From NCBI RefSeq assembly GCF_030013595.1, contig NZ_CP122768.1: DNA of 64,000 nucleotides; one strand, written 5' to 3'. Source of the stretch: Escherichia coli. GTDB taxonomy: Bacteria; Pseudomonadota; Gammaproteobacteria; Enterobacterales; Enterobacteriaceae. Made by a program: the position numbers and the translations under genes. The notes under the pieces were generated by a model, which was given only the letters and a program-made list of their open reading frames with translations, was not told the origin of the DNA and searched no databases. Of the stretch, positions 24,301 to 34,257 are shown in pieces (position 1 is the first letter of the stretch; the number at the start of each line of letters is the position of its first letter).

Positions 24301-24642
24301 ATGAAAACCTCAAAAACTGTGGCAAAACTATTATTTGTTGTCGGGGCGCTGGTTTATCTGCTTGGGCTATGGATCTCATGCCCATTGTTAAGTGGAAAAG
24401 GCTATTTTCTTGGCGTGTTAATGACAGCAACTTTTGGTAACTATGCATATCTTCGCGCAGAAAAACTCGGGCAACTGGATAATTTTTTTACCCATATCTG
24501 CCAGTTAGTCGCGTTAATCACTATCGGTCTCTTGTTTATCGGTGTTTTAAATGCACCTATCAATGCTTATGAAATGGTGATCTACCCCATCGCCTTTTTT
24601 GTCTGCTTGTTTGGTCAAATGCGTTTGTTTCGCTCGGCATGA
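24301..24642 (+). CDS. yiaB: Inner membrane protein YiaB
   Basis: ORF 24259..24642 trimmed to MKTSKTVAKLLFVVGALVYLLG... (113 aa). Confidence 0.8.
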   Translation: MKTSKTVAKLLFVVGALVYLLGLWISCPLLSGKGYFLGVLMTATFGNYAYLRAEKLGQLDNFFTHICQLVALITIGLLFIGVLNAPINAYEMVIYPIAFFVCLFGQMRLFRSA

Positions 24643-24686
24643 GCAACATAAAGCTCTTACACATTCAGGAATGAAGGAATACTGTG

Positions 24687-25124
24687 ATGGACAACAAAAT
24701 ATCAACCTATTCACCGGCCTTTAGTATTGTGTCATGGATAGCTCTCGTTGGTGGTATCGTTACCTATCTGTTAGGGCTATGGAATGCAGAGATGCAGTTA
24801 AATGAAAAAGGATATTATTTTGCCGTACTGGTATTAGGACTGTTTTCTGCGGCGTCTTATCAAAAGACCGTTCGGGACAAGTATGAAGGCATACCGACCA
24901 CTTCCATTTATTATATGACCTGCCTGACTGTCTTTATTATCTCTGTTGCATTACTGATGGTAGGTCTGTGGAATGCGACATTATTACTCAGCGAGAAAGG
25001 TTTTTATGGACTAGCTTTCTTCTTAAGCTTGTTTGGTGCAGTAGCGGTGCAGAAGAATATTCGTGATGCCGGAATAAACCCACCAAAAGAAACACAGGTT
25101 ACCCAGGAAGAATACAGCGAATAA
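24687..25124 (+). CDS. yiaA: Inner membrane protein YiaA
   Basis: 145-aa [26 protein letters not shown]..., paralog of YiaB. Confidence 0.8.
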
Positions 25125-25130
25125 TTCACA

Positions 25131-25166
25131 TAAGCCCGGTCAGTCCAATGTGACCGGGCCTTTATT
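25131..25166. terminator. Bidirectional hairpin between yiaA and wecH
   Basis: Inverted repeat GCCCGGTCA...TGACCGGGC followed by CTTTATTT. Confidence 0.5.
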
Positions 25167-26161
25167 TAACTCACTAGTCTGTTTCTGTCGATTCGTTGTA
25201 CCAGCATAGAAAGTAACAAACTCGCTGCCAACGTCGCGCAAAAGATCCAAATAATATCGAGTATTGGCCAGTTTTTAAGCTCAATCCCCCGGGTGCGCAG
25301 TGCATGGATAATCAAGGCGTGGAATCCGTATATACCCAACGAATGGCGGGAGATTAAGCCAAGTCCGCGAACGGTACGCGTATCCAGCGTGTTTTTAACC
25401 AGAGTCAATAGCGTGATTGCGCAGATAAAAACCATCGGCCCACAGTAAAGATACCAGGTATCGGCAAAATTTCCGCGCCACTGCAATTCATATAATGTCC
25501 CGCGAGAGATAATAAAAACCCCCGTCGCAAACAGTGCGGCGCACACCCACGACAGTGCTTTATGCTGTGTGTCCATCATCCCTATAGCGCGGCCCAACAT
25601 GCCATACAGGATGTAGTAAAAAGTATCGCCATTGATATATAAGTTAATTGGCAGCCATTCAAAACCGTCAATTTTCTGCGGCACTGTGTTTGGGTTAGCG
25701 ATAATACCAATCACCACCATTAGCACCAGCAACATTTTTCCGCCGGCGTTCTTCACCTGAATCAGCGGTGAAACCAGATAAATCACCGCAATCGCGAAGA
25801 AAAACCACAAGTGGTAAAACACTGGCTTTTGCAGCAGGTTTTTCAGCGCTAACTCCATATTGATGGAGGTAAACAGCGCAATGTAGAGCAGTGCGATTGC
25901 GCTATAAAAAAGCAGACATAAGCCGATACGCAAGAAATGGCGCGGCTGGGCGCTGCGTTCGCCAAAAAAGAGATAGCCGGAAATCATGAAAAATAGCGGG
26001 ACGCTGACACGAGAGGCAGAATTCAGAACATTGGCGATATCCCAGGTGACGGAGCTAACACTATGAGCATTGGTCACATACCAGGTAGTGGTGTGAATCA
26101 TCACCACCATTAAACACGCTATCCCTCGCAGGTTATCAATCCAGTAAATTTTGGGCTGCAT
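25166..26161 (-). CDS. wecH: O-acetyltransferase (acyltransferase-3 family)
   Basis: 331-aa multi-pass membrane [28 protein letters not shown]... Confidence 0.85.
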   Translation of the reverse strand: MQPKIYWIDNLRGIACLMVVMIHTTTWYVTNAHSVSSVTWDIANVLNSASRVSVPLFFMISGYLFFGERSAQPRHFLRIGLCLLFYSAIALLYIALFTSINMELALKNLLQKPVFYHLWFFFAIAVIYLVSPLIQVKNAGGKMLLVLMVVIGIIANPNTVPQKIDGFEWLPINLYINGDTFYYILYGMLGRAIGMMDTQHKALSWVCAALFATGVFIISRGTLYELQWRGNFADTWYLYCGPMVFICAITLLTLVKNTLDTRTVRGLGLISRHSLGIYGFHALIIHALRTRGIELKNWPILDIIWIFCATLAASLLLSMLVQRIDRNRLVS

Positions 26162-26335
26162 CTGTGTCTCTGTATCTGGTTAAAAAAAGTCTGACCGATA
26201 AATCATTCTGTTGGCGCACTGGAATAATCTGAGTTTTATCACTACAGCTTATAGAGGCTTAAGGAAATTCGTAAGATATCAGCCACTATACCGATATAAA
26301 TAATAAGACTCACCTGCAAACCAGACGGTAATTTA

Positions 26336-26644
26336 ATGATGATGAACTCTTTCTTTCCGGCAATGGCGCTTATGGTGCTTATGGCGCTAGTGGGTTGTTC
26401 TACACCGCTACCCGTGCAGAAAGCACAACGGGTAAAGGTTGATCCTCTGCGTTCGTTGAATATGGAAGGGCTATGCAAAGATCAGGCGGCAAAACGCTAT
26501 AATACAGGTGCGCAAAAAATCGACGTCATCGCCTTCGAACAGTTTCAGGGAAGCTATGAAATGCGCGGTTATACCTTCCGTAAAGAGCAGTTTGTCTGTT
26601 CTTTTGACGCAGATGGCCATTTTTTGCATCTTTCCATGCGTTAA
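26336..26644 (+). CDS. ysaB: Lipoprotein YsaB
   Basis: About 100-aa ORF with lipobox (ALVGCSTP); the start is ambiguous among the first three Met codons. Confidence 0.75.
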   Translation: MMMNSFFPAMALMVLMALVGCSTPLPVQKAQRVKVDPLRSLNMEGLCKDQAAKRYNTGAQKIDVIAFEQFQGSYEMRGYTFRKEQFVCSFDADGHFLHLSMR

Positions 26645-26738
26645 GCCCTGCTTTTTCCCGTTTCGTACTGTATATCTTCCATCCAGCGGGTATACTGATC
26701 CCTTCCTTTAAATCCACACGTATCCAGCACGAAATAAT

Positions 26739-27650
26739 ATGCAAAAGTTTGATACCAGGACCTTCCAGGGCTTGATCCTGACCTTACAGGATTACTGGGC
26801 TCGCCAGGGCTGCACCATTGTTCAACCATTGGACATGGAAGTCGGCGCGGGAACCTCTCACCCAATGACCTGTCTGCGCGCGCTGGGGCCAGAACCGATG
26901 GCGGCTGCGTATGTTCAGCCTTCTCGTCGCCCGACCGATGGTCGCTACGGCGAAAACCCCAACCGTTTACAGCACTACTATCAGTTCCAGGTGGTCATCA
27001 AGCCATCGCCGGACAATATTCAGGAGCTGTACCTTGGTTCTCTGAAAGAGCTGGGTATGGACCCGACTATTCACGACATCCGTTTCGTGGAAGATAACTG
27101 GGAAAACCCGACGCTGGGTGCCTGGGGGCTGGGCTGGGAAGTGTGGCTGAACGGCATGGAAGTGACGCAGTTCACTTACTTCCAGCAGGTTGGTGGTCTG
27201 GAGTGTAAACCGGTTACCGGCGAGATCACCTACGGTCTGGAACGTCTGGCAATGTACATTCAGGGCGTAGACAGCGTTTACGACCTGGTCTGGAGCGACG
27301 GCCCGCTGGGTAAAACCACCTATGGCGACGTGTTCCATCAGAACGAAGTGGAGCAGTCCACTTACAACTTCGAATACGCGGATGTGGACTTCCTGTTCAC
27401 CTGCTTCGAGCAGTACGAGAAAGAAGCCCAGCAGCTGCTGGCGCTGGAAAATCCGCTGCCGCTGCCAGCCTATGAGCGTATTCTGAAAGCCGCCCACAGC
27501 TTCAACCTGCTGGATGCGCGTAAAGCCATCTCCGTCACTGAGCGTCAGCGCTATATTCTGCGCATTCGCACCCTGACCAAAGCAGTGGCAGAAGCATACT
27601 ACGCTTCCCGTGAAGCCCTCGGCTTCCCGATGTGCAACAAAGATAAGTAA
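26739..27650 (+). CDS. glyQ: Glycine--tRNA ligase alpha subunit
   Basis: 303-aa [28 protein letters not shown]... Confidence 0.95.
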
Positions 27651-27659
27651 GAGGCGGCT

Positions 27660-29729
27660 ATGTCTGAGAAAACTTTTCTGGTGGAAATCGGCACTGAAGA
27701 GCTGCCACCAAAAGCACTGCGCAGCCTGGCTGAGTCCTTTGCTGCGAACTTCACTGCGGAGCTGGATAACGCCGGCCTCGCACACGGCACCGTTCAATGG
27801 TTTGCTGCTCCGCGTCGTCTGGCGCTGAAAGTAGCTAACCTGGCGGAAGCGCAACCGGATCGTGAAATCGAAAAACGCGGCCCGGCGATTGCTCAGGCGT
27901 TCGACGCTGAAGGCAAACCGAGCAAAGCGGCAGAAGGCTGGGCGCGTGGTTGCGGTATTACCGTAGACCAGGCTGAGCGTCTGACTACCGATAAAGGTGA
28001 ATGGCTGCTGTATCGCGCCCACGTGAAGGGCGAAAGCACTGAAGCACTGTTGCCGAATATGGTTGCGACTTCGCTGGCGAAACTGCCGATCCCGAAACTG
28101 ATGCGTTGGGGTGCAAGCGACGTGCACTTCGTGCGTCCGGTGCACACCGTGACCCTGCTGCTGGGCGACAAAGTTATTCCGGCTACCATTCTGGGCATTC
28201 AGTCCGATCGCGTGATTCGCGGCCACCGCTTTATGGGCGAGCCGGAATTCACTATCGACAATGCCGATCAGTATCCGGAAATTCTGCGTGAGCGCGGGAA
28301 AGTCATCGCCGATTACGAAGAACGTAAGGCGAAGATTAAAGCCGATGCCGAAGAAGCGGCGCGTAAGATTGGCGGTAACGCTGACTTAAGCGAAAGCCTG
28401 TTGGAAGAAGTGGCTTCGCTGGTGGAGTGGCCGGTTGTGCTGACCGCGAAATTTGAAGAGAAATTCCTCGCTGTGCCGTCTGAAGCGCTGGTTTACACCA
28501 TGAAAGGTGACCAGAAGTACTTCCCGGTGTACGCGAACGACGGCAAACTGCTGCCGAACTTTATCTTCGTTGCCAACATCGAATCGAAAGATCCGCAGCA
28601 AATTATCTCTGGTAACGAGAAAGTCGTTCGTCCACGTTTGGCGGATGCCGAGTTCTTCTTCAACACTGACCGTAAAAAACGTCTGGAAGATAACCTGCCG
28701 CGCCTGCAAACCGTGTTGTTTCAGCAACAGCTGGGTACACTGCGCGACAAAACTGACCGCATCCAGGCGCTGGCTGGCTGGATTGCTGAACAGATTGGCG
28801 CTGACGTTAACCACGCAACCCGTGCGGGCCTGCTGTCCAAGTGCGACCTGATGACCAACATGGTCTTCGAGTTCACCGACACCCAGGGCGTTATGGGGAT
28901 GCACTACGCGCGTTACGATGGCGAAGCGGAAGATGTTGCAGTGGCGCTGAACGAGCAGTATCAGCCGCGCTTTGCCGGTGATGACCTGCCGTCTAACCCG
29001 GTAGCCTGTGCGCTGGCGATTGCTGACAAGATGGATACTCTGGCGGGTATCTTCGGTATCGGCCAGCATCCGAAAGGCGACAAAGACCCGTTTGCGTTGC
29101 GTCGTGCCGCACTTGGCGTACTGCGTATTATCGTTGAGAAGAACCTCAACCTTGATCTGCAAACGCTGACCGAAGAAGCAGTGCGTCTGTATGGCGATAA
29201 GCTGACTAATGCCAACGTGGTTGATGATGTTATCGACTTTATGCTCGGTCGCTTCCGCGCCTGGTATCAGGACGAAGGTTACACCGTTGACACCATCCAG
29301 GCGGTACTGGCACGTCGTCCGACGCGTCCGGCTGATTTCGATGCCCGAATGAAAGCGGTATCGCACTTCCGTACCCTGGATGCAGCTGCAGCACTGGCGG
29401 CGGCGAACAAGCGTGTATCTAACATTCTGGCGAAATCTGACGAAGTGCTGAGCGACCGCGTGAATGCCTCTACTCTGAAAGAGCCGGAAGAAATTAAACT
29501 GGCGATGCAGGTTGTGGTGCTACGTGACAAGCTAGAGCCGTACTTTGCTGAAGGTCGTTACCAGGATGCGCTGGTCGAACTGGCTGAGCTGCGTGAACCG
29601 GTTGATGCCTTCTTCGATAAAGTGATGGTCATGGTTGATGACAAAGAATTGCGTATCAACCGTTTGACCATGCTGGAGAAACTGCGCGAACTGTTCCTGC
29701 GCGTTGCGGATATTTCGCTGTTACAGTAA
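27660..29729 (+). CDS. glyS: Glycine--tRNA ligase beta subunit
   Basis: 689-aa [27 protein letters not shown]... Confidence 0.95.
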   Translation: MSEKTFLVEIGTEELPPKALRSLAESFAANFTAELDNAGLAHGTVQWFAAPRRLALKVANLAEAQPDREIEKRGPAIAQAFDAEGKPSKAAEGWARGCGITVDQAERLTTDKGEWLLYRAHVKGESTEALLPNMVATSLAKLPIPKLMRWGASDVHFVRPVHTVTLLLGDKVIPATILGIQSDRVIRGHRFMGEPEFTIDNADQYPEILRERGKVIADYEERKAKIKADAEEAARKIGGNADLSESLLEEVASLVEWPVVLTAKFEEKFLAVPSEALVYTMKGDQKYFPVYANDGKLLPNFIFVANIESKDPQQIISGNEKVVRPRLADAEFFFNTDRKKRLEDNLPRLQTVLFQQQLGTLRDKTDRIQALAGWIAEQIGADVNHATRAGLLSKCDLMTNMVFEFTDTQGVMGMHYARYDGEAEDVAVALNEQYQPRFAGDDLPSNPVACALAIADKMDTLAGIFGIGQHPKGDKDPFALRRAALGVLRIIVEKNLNLDLQTLTEEAVRLYGDKLTNANVVDDVIDFMLGRFRAWYQDEGYTVDTIQAVLARRPTRPADFDARMKAVSHFRTLDAAAALAAANKRVSNILAKSDEVLSDRVNASTLKEPEEIKLAMQVVVLRDKLEPYFAEGRYQDALVELAELREPVDAFFDKVMVMVDDKELRINRLTMLEKLRELFLRVADISLLQ

Positions 29730-29743
29730 TAACGCCATTATTA

Positions 29744-29773
29744 AAAAGCCTGCCATCTGGCAGGCTTTTTTAT
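29744..29773 (+). terminator. Rho-independent terminator of glyQS
   Basis: AGCCTGCC-ATCT-GGCAGGCT hairpin followed by TTTTTT. Confidence 0.7.
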
Positions 29774-29947
29774 CGCTAAATAATAGAGCAACCTTTAATA
29801 ATCTTCTGCTGAATAAAGATTGTCTCATATATTAATTTTATGAGATTTTTTTAGGATTATATCAAGGAGAAGAAACGAACTTATTAAGCTAGAATAGCTG
29901 CGGGTGCTTGAGACTGTTTGTCTCAGGTATTCACCGAAAGGCAGACA

Positions 29948-30012
29948 GAGAAAAGCCCCACCTGACTATAAATCAAAGTGAGGCTACCCTATGCCTGAAC
30001 ACCATAAGGTTA
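29948..30012 (-). ncRNA. sokA: Candidate Sok-type antisense RNA of the hokA locus (approximate ends)
   Basis: Minus strand opposite the mokA start and leader carries a TTGATT -35-like element and a short hairpin plus U-tract; placement is by analogy with hok/sok. Confidence 0.35.
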
Positions 30013-30203
30013 GCCTCTTACTCGTTGGAAATCAACACAGGAGGCTGGGAATGCCGCAGAAATATAGATTACTTTCTTTAATAGTGATTTGTTGCACGCT
30101 TTTATTTTTCACCTGGATGATAAGAGATTCACTGTGTGAATTGCATATTAAACAGGGGAGTTATGAGCTGGCGGCATTTTTAGCCTGCAATTTGAAAGAG
30201 TAA
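29991..30203 (+). CDS. mokA: Mok-type overlapping reading frame, in-frame N-terminal extension of hokA
   Basis: 70-aa ORF MPEHHKVSLLLVGNQHRRLGMPQKY... whose last 50 codons are hokA. Confidence 0.5.
   Translation: MPEHHKVSLLLVGNQHRRLGMPQKYRLLSLIVICCTLLFFTWMIRDSLCELHIKQGSYELAAFLACNLKE
30051..30203 (+). CDS. hokA: Hok-family type I toxin (small membrane peptide)
   Basis: 50-aa ORF MPQKYRLLSLIVICCTLLFFTWMIRDSLCELHIKQGSYELAAFLACNLKE; single transmembrane helix. Confidence 0.8.
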   Translation: MPQKYRLLSLIVICCTLLFFTWMIRDSLCELHIKQGSYELAAFLACNLKE

Positions 30204-30335
30204 GAGTCTTCGGCGGGAAGTTATTCCCGTCTTTCTTACGGCGTTGCGCATTCTCATTGCACCCAAATTTATTTTTCACAAAAATAATAATAGATTTTAT
30301 TACGCGATCGATTATTTATTTCCTGAAAAACAAAT

Positions 30336-30367
30336 AAAAAAATCCCCGCCAAATGGCAGGGATCTTA
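30336..30367 (-). terminator. Rho-independent terminator of cspA
   Basis: Minus-strand hairpin ATCCCTGCC...GGCGGGGAT followed by TTTTTTT, just after the cspA stop. Confidence 0.6.
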
Positions 30368-30390
30368 GATTCTGTGCTTTTAAGCAGAGA

Positions 30391-30603
30391 TTACAGGCTG
30401 GTTACGTTACCAGCTGCCGGGCCTTTAGCGCCGCTTTCGATGGTGAAGGACACTTTCTGACCTTCGTCCAGAGATTTGTAACCATCGTTCTGGATAGCAG
30501 AGAAGTGTACGAACACGTCTTTAGAGCCATCGTCAGGAGTGATGAAGCCGAAGCCTTTGTCAGCGTTGAACCATTTTACGATACCAGTCATTTTACCGGA
30601 CAT
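30391..30603 (-). CDS. cspA: Major cold-shock protein CspA
   Basis: 70-aa [41 protein letters not shown]... Confidence 0.95.
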
Positions 30604-30762
30604 AGTGTATTACCTTTAATAATTAAGTGTGCCTTTCGGCGATATGGCGTGCTTTACAGATTTTGAAGCGTTAAAGGAATGTGCACTACGAGGGGTATCA
30701 ACGATAACTCTTGAAGGGACTTGCCTTACTACACTGCTTTAATGGTCTGTACGTCAAACCGT
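30604..30762 (-). promoter_or_regulatory. cspA long 5' untranslated leader (cold-box region)
   Basis: About 159 nt between the inferred start ACGGTTTGACGTACAGACC and the ATG; long-leader architecture of cspA is established knowledge. Confidence 0.65.
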
Positions 30763-30800
30763 TGATGTGCATTAAGCCACGCATTGGCGGGTGATGCAAC
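30763..30800 (-). promoter_or_regulatory. cspA sigma-70 promoter
   Basis: Minus-strand TTGCAT (-35) and CTTAAT (-10) with 17-bp spacing, AT-rich upstream. Confidence 0.6.
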
Positions 30801-30883
30801 AATTATTTTTCATATTTATGATTAATCGGTTGGAAAACGGTCCTGTCATCAGGACCGTAAACAGCAATAAAGTGGATAAAAGT

Positions 30884-31174
30884 CTATTCCATCAACTGCT
30901 TACTTAATGCCGGGTTGGCTTGAATCAAACGCATCAATTTTAGTTCGGCACTTGAAGGCTTCACGCGTCTGGATTCCCATTCCTTTACCATGGCGACTGA
31001 TACGCCCAAAACCCGGGCGAAATCATCGATTTTTAATCCTGTCCCTTTTCGTAACTGCTCAATTTCGGTACAGGATGTTGTTCTGTGCGTCAGGGTAATT
31101 TTCTGCGTTTCATCTTTAAAAACAATCTGTTCCAGGCTGCTCAACAGCTCATGCATTGGATCTTTATATTCCAT
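30884..31174 (-). CDS. yiaG: HTH-type (XRE-like) transcriptional regulator YiaG
   Basis: 96-aa ORF with HTH motif LKIDDFARVLGVSVAMVKEWE. Confidence 0.85.
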   Translation of the reverse strand: MEYKDPMHELLSSLEQIVFKDETQKITLTHRTTSCTEIEQLRKGTGLKIDDFARVLGVSVAMVKEWESRRVKPSSAELKLMRLIQANPALSKQLME

Positions 31175-31607
31175 TGAAAACTCCTCAAATCACACTGCGG
31201 GATCGTGAATTGCATCGAAGCTCATTAAGAATAGTCGGGAAAAGCAGACACAGCGGGGTGAAGTCAGGGCATGCTCTGGCTATGATTCGATTCAGCCAGT
31301 CATTTAGCGTGACTTATAGCCACCTAACGATCTGATAAATGCCGATATATCTCTTACCACTCCCGGTTTGTAAAGATTTCGAAAATCTAATGTTCTGCGA
31401 AGGCGTAAATCTCTGGCTACAAAAAAAGCAACGGCACCATCATTTTTTAACAATGAAACAACAAATTAACCTTGTTTCATTTTCTCCATGATTTTACCAG
31501 GAAGATTACGTAGAAAGGGTATCCTGCAAGCCTGTCCTGGACTATCCTTGTCACGTCAGACACGCGTGTGTCGTTGTGCGCTTTTTTTGGGTGAAAGGAG
31601 TAAGAAA

Positions 31608-32318
31608 ATGGCGACAGGAAAGTCCTGCTCTCGCTGGTTTGCGCCTCTTGCGGCGTTATTAATGGTAGTTAGCCTGAGTGGGTGTTTTGATAAAGAAGGC
31701 GATCAGCGTAAAGCGTTTATCGACTTCCTGCAGAATACAGTGATGCGTAGCGGTGAACGTCTACCTACCCTGACTGCCGATCAGAAAAAACAATTTGGTC
31801 CTTTTGTCTCTGATTACGCGATTCTGTATGGTTATTCTCAGCAGGTGAATCAGGCGATGGATTCCGGTCTGCGCCCGGTCGTAGACAGCGTTAACGCAAT
31901 TCGCGTACCGCAGGATTACGTTACGCAAAGCGGCCCACTGCGTGAAATGAACGGTTCTCTGGGCGTACTGGCGCAACAGCTGCAAAATGCGAAGTTGCAG
32001 GCCGATGCTGCGCACTCTGCGCTAAAACAGAGCGATGACCTGAAACCGGTCTTTGATCAGGCATTCACCAAAGTGGTAACGACGCCAGCTGATGCATTGC
32101 AACCGTTGATTCCGGCGGCACAAACTTTCACGCAACAACTGGTGATGGTTGGAGACTACATTGCTCAGCAAGGTACTCAGGTGAGCTTTGTCGCAAATGG
32201 CATCCAGTTCCCGACGTCACAGCAGGCAAGTGAATATAACAAACTGATTGCGCCATTACCGGCACAGCATCAGGCGTTTAATCAGGCCTGGACTACAGCA
32301 GTTACTGCAACCCAATAA
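31608..32318 (+). CDS. yiaF: Lipoprotein YiaF
   Basis: ORF 31488..32318 trimmed to MATGKSCSRWFAPLAALLMVVSLSGC... (236 aa). Confidence 0.85.
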   Translation: MATGKSCSRWFAPLAALLMVVSLSGCFDKEGDQRKAFIDFLQNTVMRSGERLPTLTADQKKQFGPFVSDYAILYGYSQQVNQAMDSGLRPVVDSVNAIRVPQDYVTQSGPLREMNGSLGVLAQQLQNAKLQADAAHSALKQSDDLKPVFDQAFTKVVTTPADALQPLIPAAQTFTQQLVMVGDYIAQQGTQVSFVANGIQFPTSQQASEYNKLIAPLPAQHQAFNQAWTTAVTATQ

Positions 32319-32367
32319 AGAGTAAAAGCCCGAGCGATTATCGGGCTTTACTCCACGCAGTCGCGGC

Positions 32368-33342
32368 TTAGTCCGCGACGTGCGGATTCACACAGTTCTT
32401 CTCAACCTTTCCTTGTAACGCATCAATCAAATTATCCACGGCACAGGCGGCCATGCCATAACGCGTCTCATGAGTGGCAGATCCAATATGCGGTACTGCG
32501 ACGACGTTGGCCATTGAGAGCAACGGCGAATCTACAGACAGTGGCTCTTGTTCGAAGACATCCAGCCCGGCAGCGTGAATTTCCCCTTTCTGCAATGCAG
32601 CAATCAGTGCATTTTCATCAACCACCGGGCCACGTCCGGCATTAATGAATATGGCGGAGGATTTCATTTTGGCGAATTGTTCTGCGCCAAACAGATGATG
32701 CGTTTCATCAGTTAACGGCAGGATCAGGCAAACGAAATCTGACTCTTGTAACAGTGTATCCAAATCGCAGTAGCGGGCGTTGAAGCGTTCTTCTGCTTCT
32801 TTATGGTGGCGGCGCGCGTTATAGAGGATGGGCATGTTGAAACCAAAGTGCGCACGTTGTGCCAGCGCCATACCGATCCGTCCCATCCCGACAATGCCCA
32901 GTGTTTTATGGTGAACGTCAGTGCCGTACCAGTCCGGGCCTATGCTCGCGGTCCATTCGCCTGCTTTTACCCGTTCTGCTACCTCCACAACCCGACGAGC
33001 GGTAGACAACACCAGTGCCATCAGCGTATCGGCGACGGTTTCTGTTAATACGGTTGGCGTGTGCATCAGCAGAATTTTTCGGGCGGTAAGCGCATCGACA
33101 TCAAAATTGTCATAGCCGACAGAGATCGTTGATGTGGCACGCAGTTTCGGCATTTTTTCCAGCAATGCGGCATCAACATTCTCGTTTGAACCCAGTAAAC
33201 CTTCAGCTTCGGCAAAAATTGCTGCATTTTGTTCGACGGTTTGTGGGCTGAGGTTTGCCACCTGGTGAACGGTGAAATGCTCTTGCAGGCGTTGCAGTAA
33301 ATCATCAGGTAAGGCTTTGTAGAGGATAACGGACGGCTTCAT
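32368..33342 (-). CDS. ghrB: Glyoxylate/hydroxypyruvate reductase B (2-ketoaldonate reductase)
   Basis: ORF trimmed to [23 protein letters not shown]... (324 aa); NAD-binding GxGxxG (GIVGMGRIG). Confidence 0.9.
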   Translation of the reverse strand: MKPSVILYKALPDDLLQRLQEHFTVHQVANLSPQTVEQNAAIFAEAEGLLGSNENVDAALLEKMPKLRATSTISVGYDNFDVDALTARKILLMHTPTVLTETVADTLMALVLSTARRVVEVAERVKAGEWTASIGPDWYGTDVHHKTLGIVGMGRIGMALAQRAHFGFNMPILYNARRHHKEAEERFNARYCDLDTLLQESDFVCLILPLTDETHHLFGAEQFAKMKSSAIFINAGRGPVVDENALIAALQKGEIHAAGLDVFEQEPLSVDSPLLSMANVVAVPHIGSATHETRYGMAACAVDNLIDALQGKVEKNCVNPHVAD

Positions 33343-33410
33343 GCTTCTCTCCATTCACTGATAAGGCGATCACCTTAGCCTGAAATATGATGAAGGAAAA
33401 CTGAAGAATG

Positions 33411-33438
33411 CCAGGTGATTTCTGCATCACCTGGCATG
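33411..33438. terminator. Hairpin between ghrB start and yiaD end
   Basis: Inverted repeat GCCAGGTGAT...ATCACCTGGC immediately downstream of yiaD. Confidence 0.4.
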
Positions 33439-33445
33439 AAAGGGA

Positions 33446-34105
33446 TTACAGCGGGCTTAAGGTAATTTCTACACGGCGGTTTTGCGCCTTACCTTCTGCG
33501 GTGCTGTTGCTGGCGATTGGGTTAGCCGGGCCAAGGCCCTGAGTACGGATGCGGCTGGCGTCCACGCCCTGGGTGATCAACGCGCTGGCAACGGAATCCG
33601 CACGCTGCTGGGAGAGACGCATGTTCAGGTCGTGACCACCCGTGCTGTCGGTATAACCAATCACGTTAACCGCCGTTTTCGGATACTCTTTCAGCACCAT
33701 TGCCACGCCGGTCAGGGTGTTAGCGCCTGCCGGTTTCAGGGTCGCGCTGCTGCTGTCGAAGGTCACATTGTTCGGCATATTGAGGATAATGTTATCCCCG
33801 CTGCGGGTTACGCTAACACCAGTGCCGCGCATTTTGTCACGTAGCTTCGCTTCCTGCACATCCATGTAATAACCCACGCCGCCGCCCAGAGCTGCGCCTG
33901 CTGCTGCGCCAATCAGCGCGCCTTTACCGCGATCTTTCTTCGAAGAAGAGAGCGCACCAATACCCGCGCCCACGAGAGAGCCCAGACCTGCGCCAATAGC
34001 AGATTTACCTGCTTCGCGTTCGCCGGTGTAAGGGTTAGTTGTGCAGCCAGATACCGCCAGAGCGCCACTCACTACTGCGGCAATAAGATAAACACGTTTC
34101 TTCAT
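33446..34105 (-). CDS. yiaD: OmpA-family outer-membrane lipoprotein
   Basis: 219-aa ORF with lipobox (LAVSGCTT), Gly-rich region and C-terminal OmpA-like domain. Confidence 0.9.
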   Translation of the reverse strand: MKKRVYLIAAVVSGALAVSGCTTNPYTGEREAGKSAIGAGLGSLVGAGIGALSSSKKDRGKGALIGAAAGAALGGGVGYYMDVQEAKLRDKMRGTGVSVTRSGDNIILNMPNNVTFDSSSATLKPAGANTLTGVAMVLKEYPKTAVNVIGYTDSTGGHDLNMRLSQQRADSVASALITQGVDASRIRTQGLGPANPIASNSTAEGKAQNRRVEITLSPL

Positions 34106-34257
34106 TGTTAATCCTTAATAACCTTTTTATTCTTTGCCACGGGTTCCGTGGCGGGAGATTATGCCGCGTGAACATGAAGATTATTCCTGGGAATACTCGG
34201 AAATTTGTAAGTAATATTTAACTGCTCAATACATCTAACCTTTCAGGAGTCTTCGGT

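Noticed and set aside
26967-28226. Long antisense ORFs inside glyQ/glyS (419 aa and 326 aa at 28386..29366) and inside bisC (432 aa at 34645..35943)
   Set aside because: They lie opposite well-supported housekeeping genes, are rich in Arg/Gln/His typical of GC-rich shadow frames, and have no ribosome-binding site or domain signal.
30244-30666. 140-aa plus-strand ORF between hokA and cspA
   Set aside because: It runs antisense through the cspA terminator and coding region and has an AT-rich, low-complexity N-terminus; spurious.
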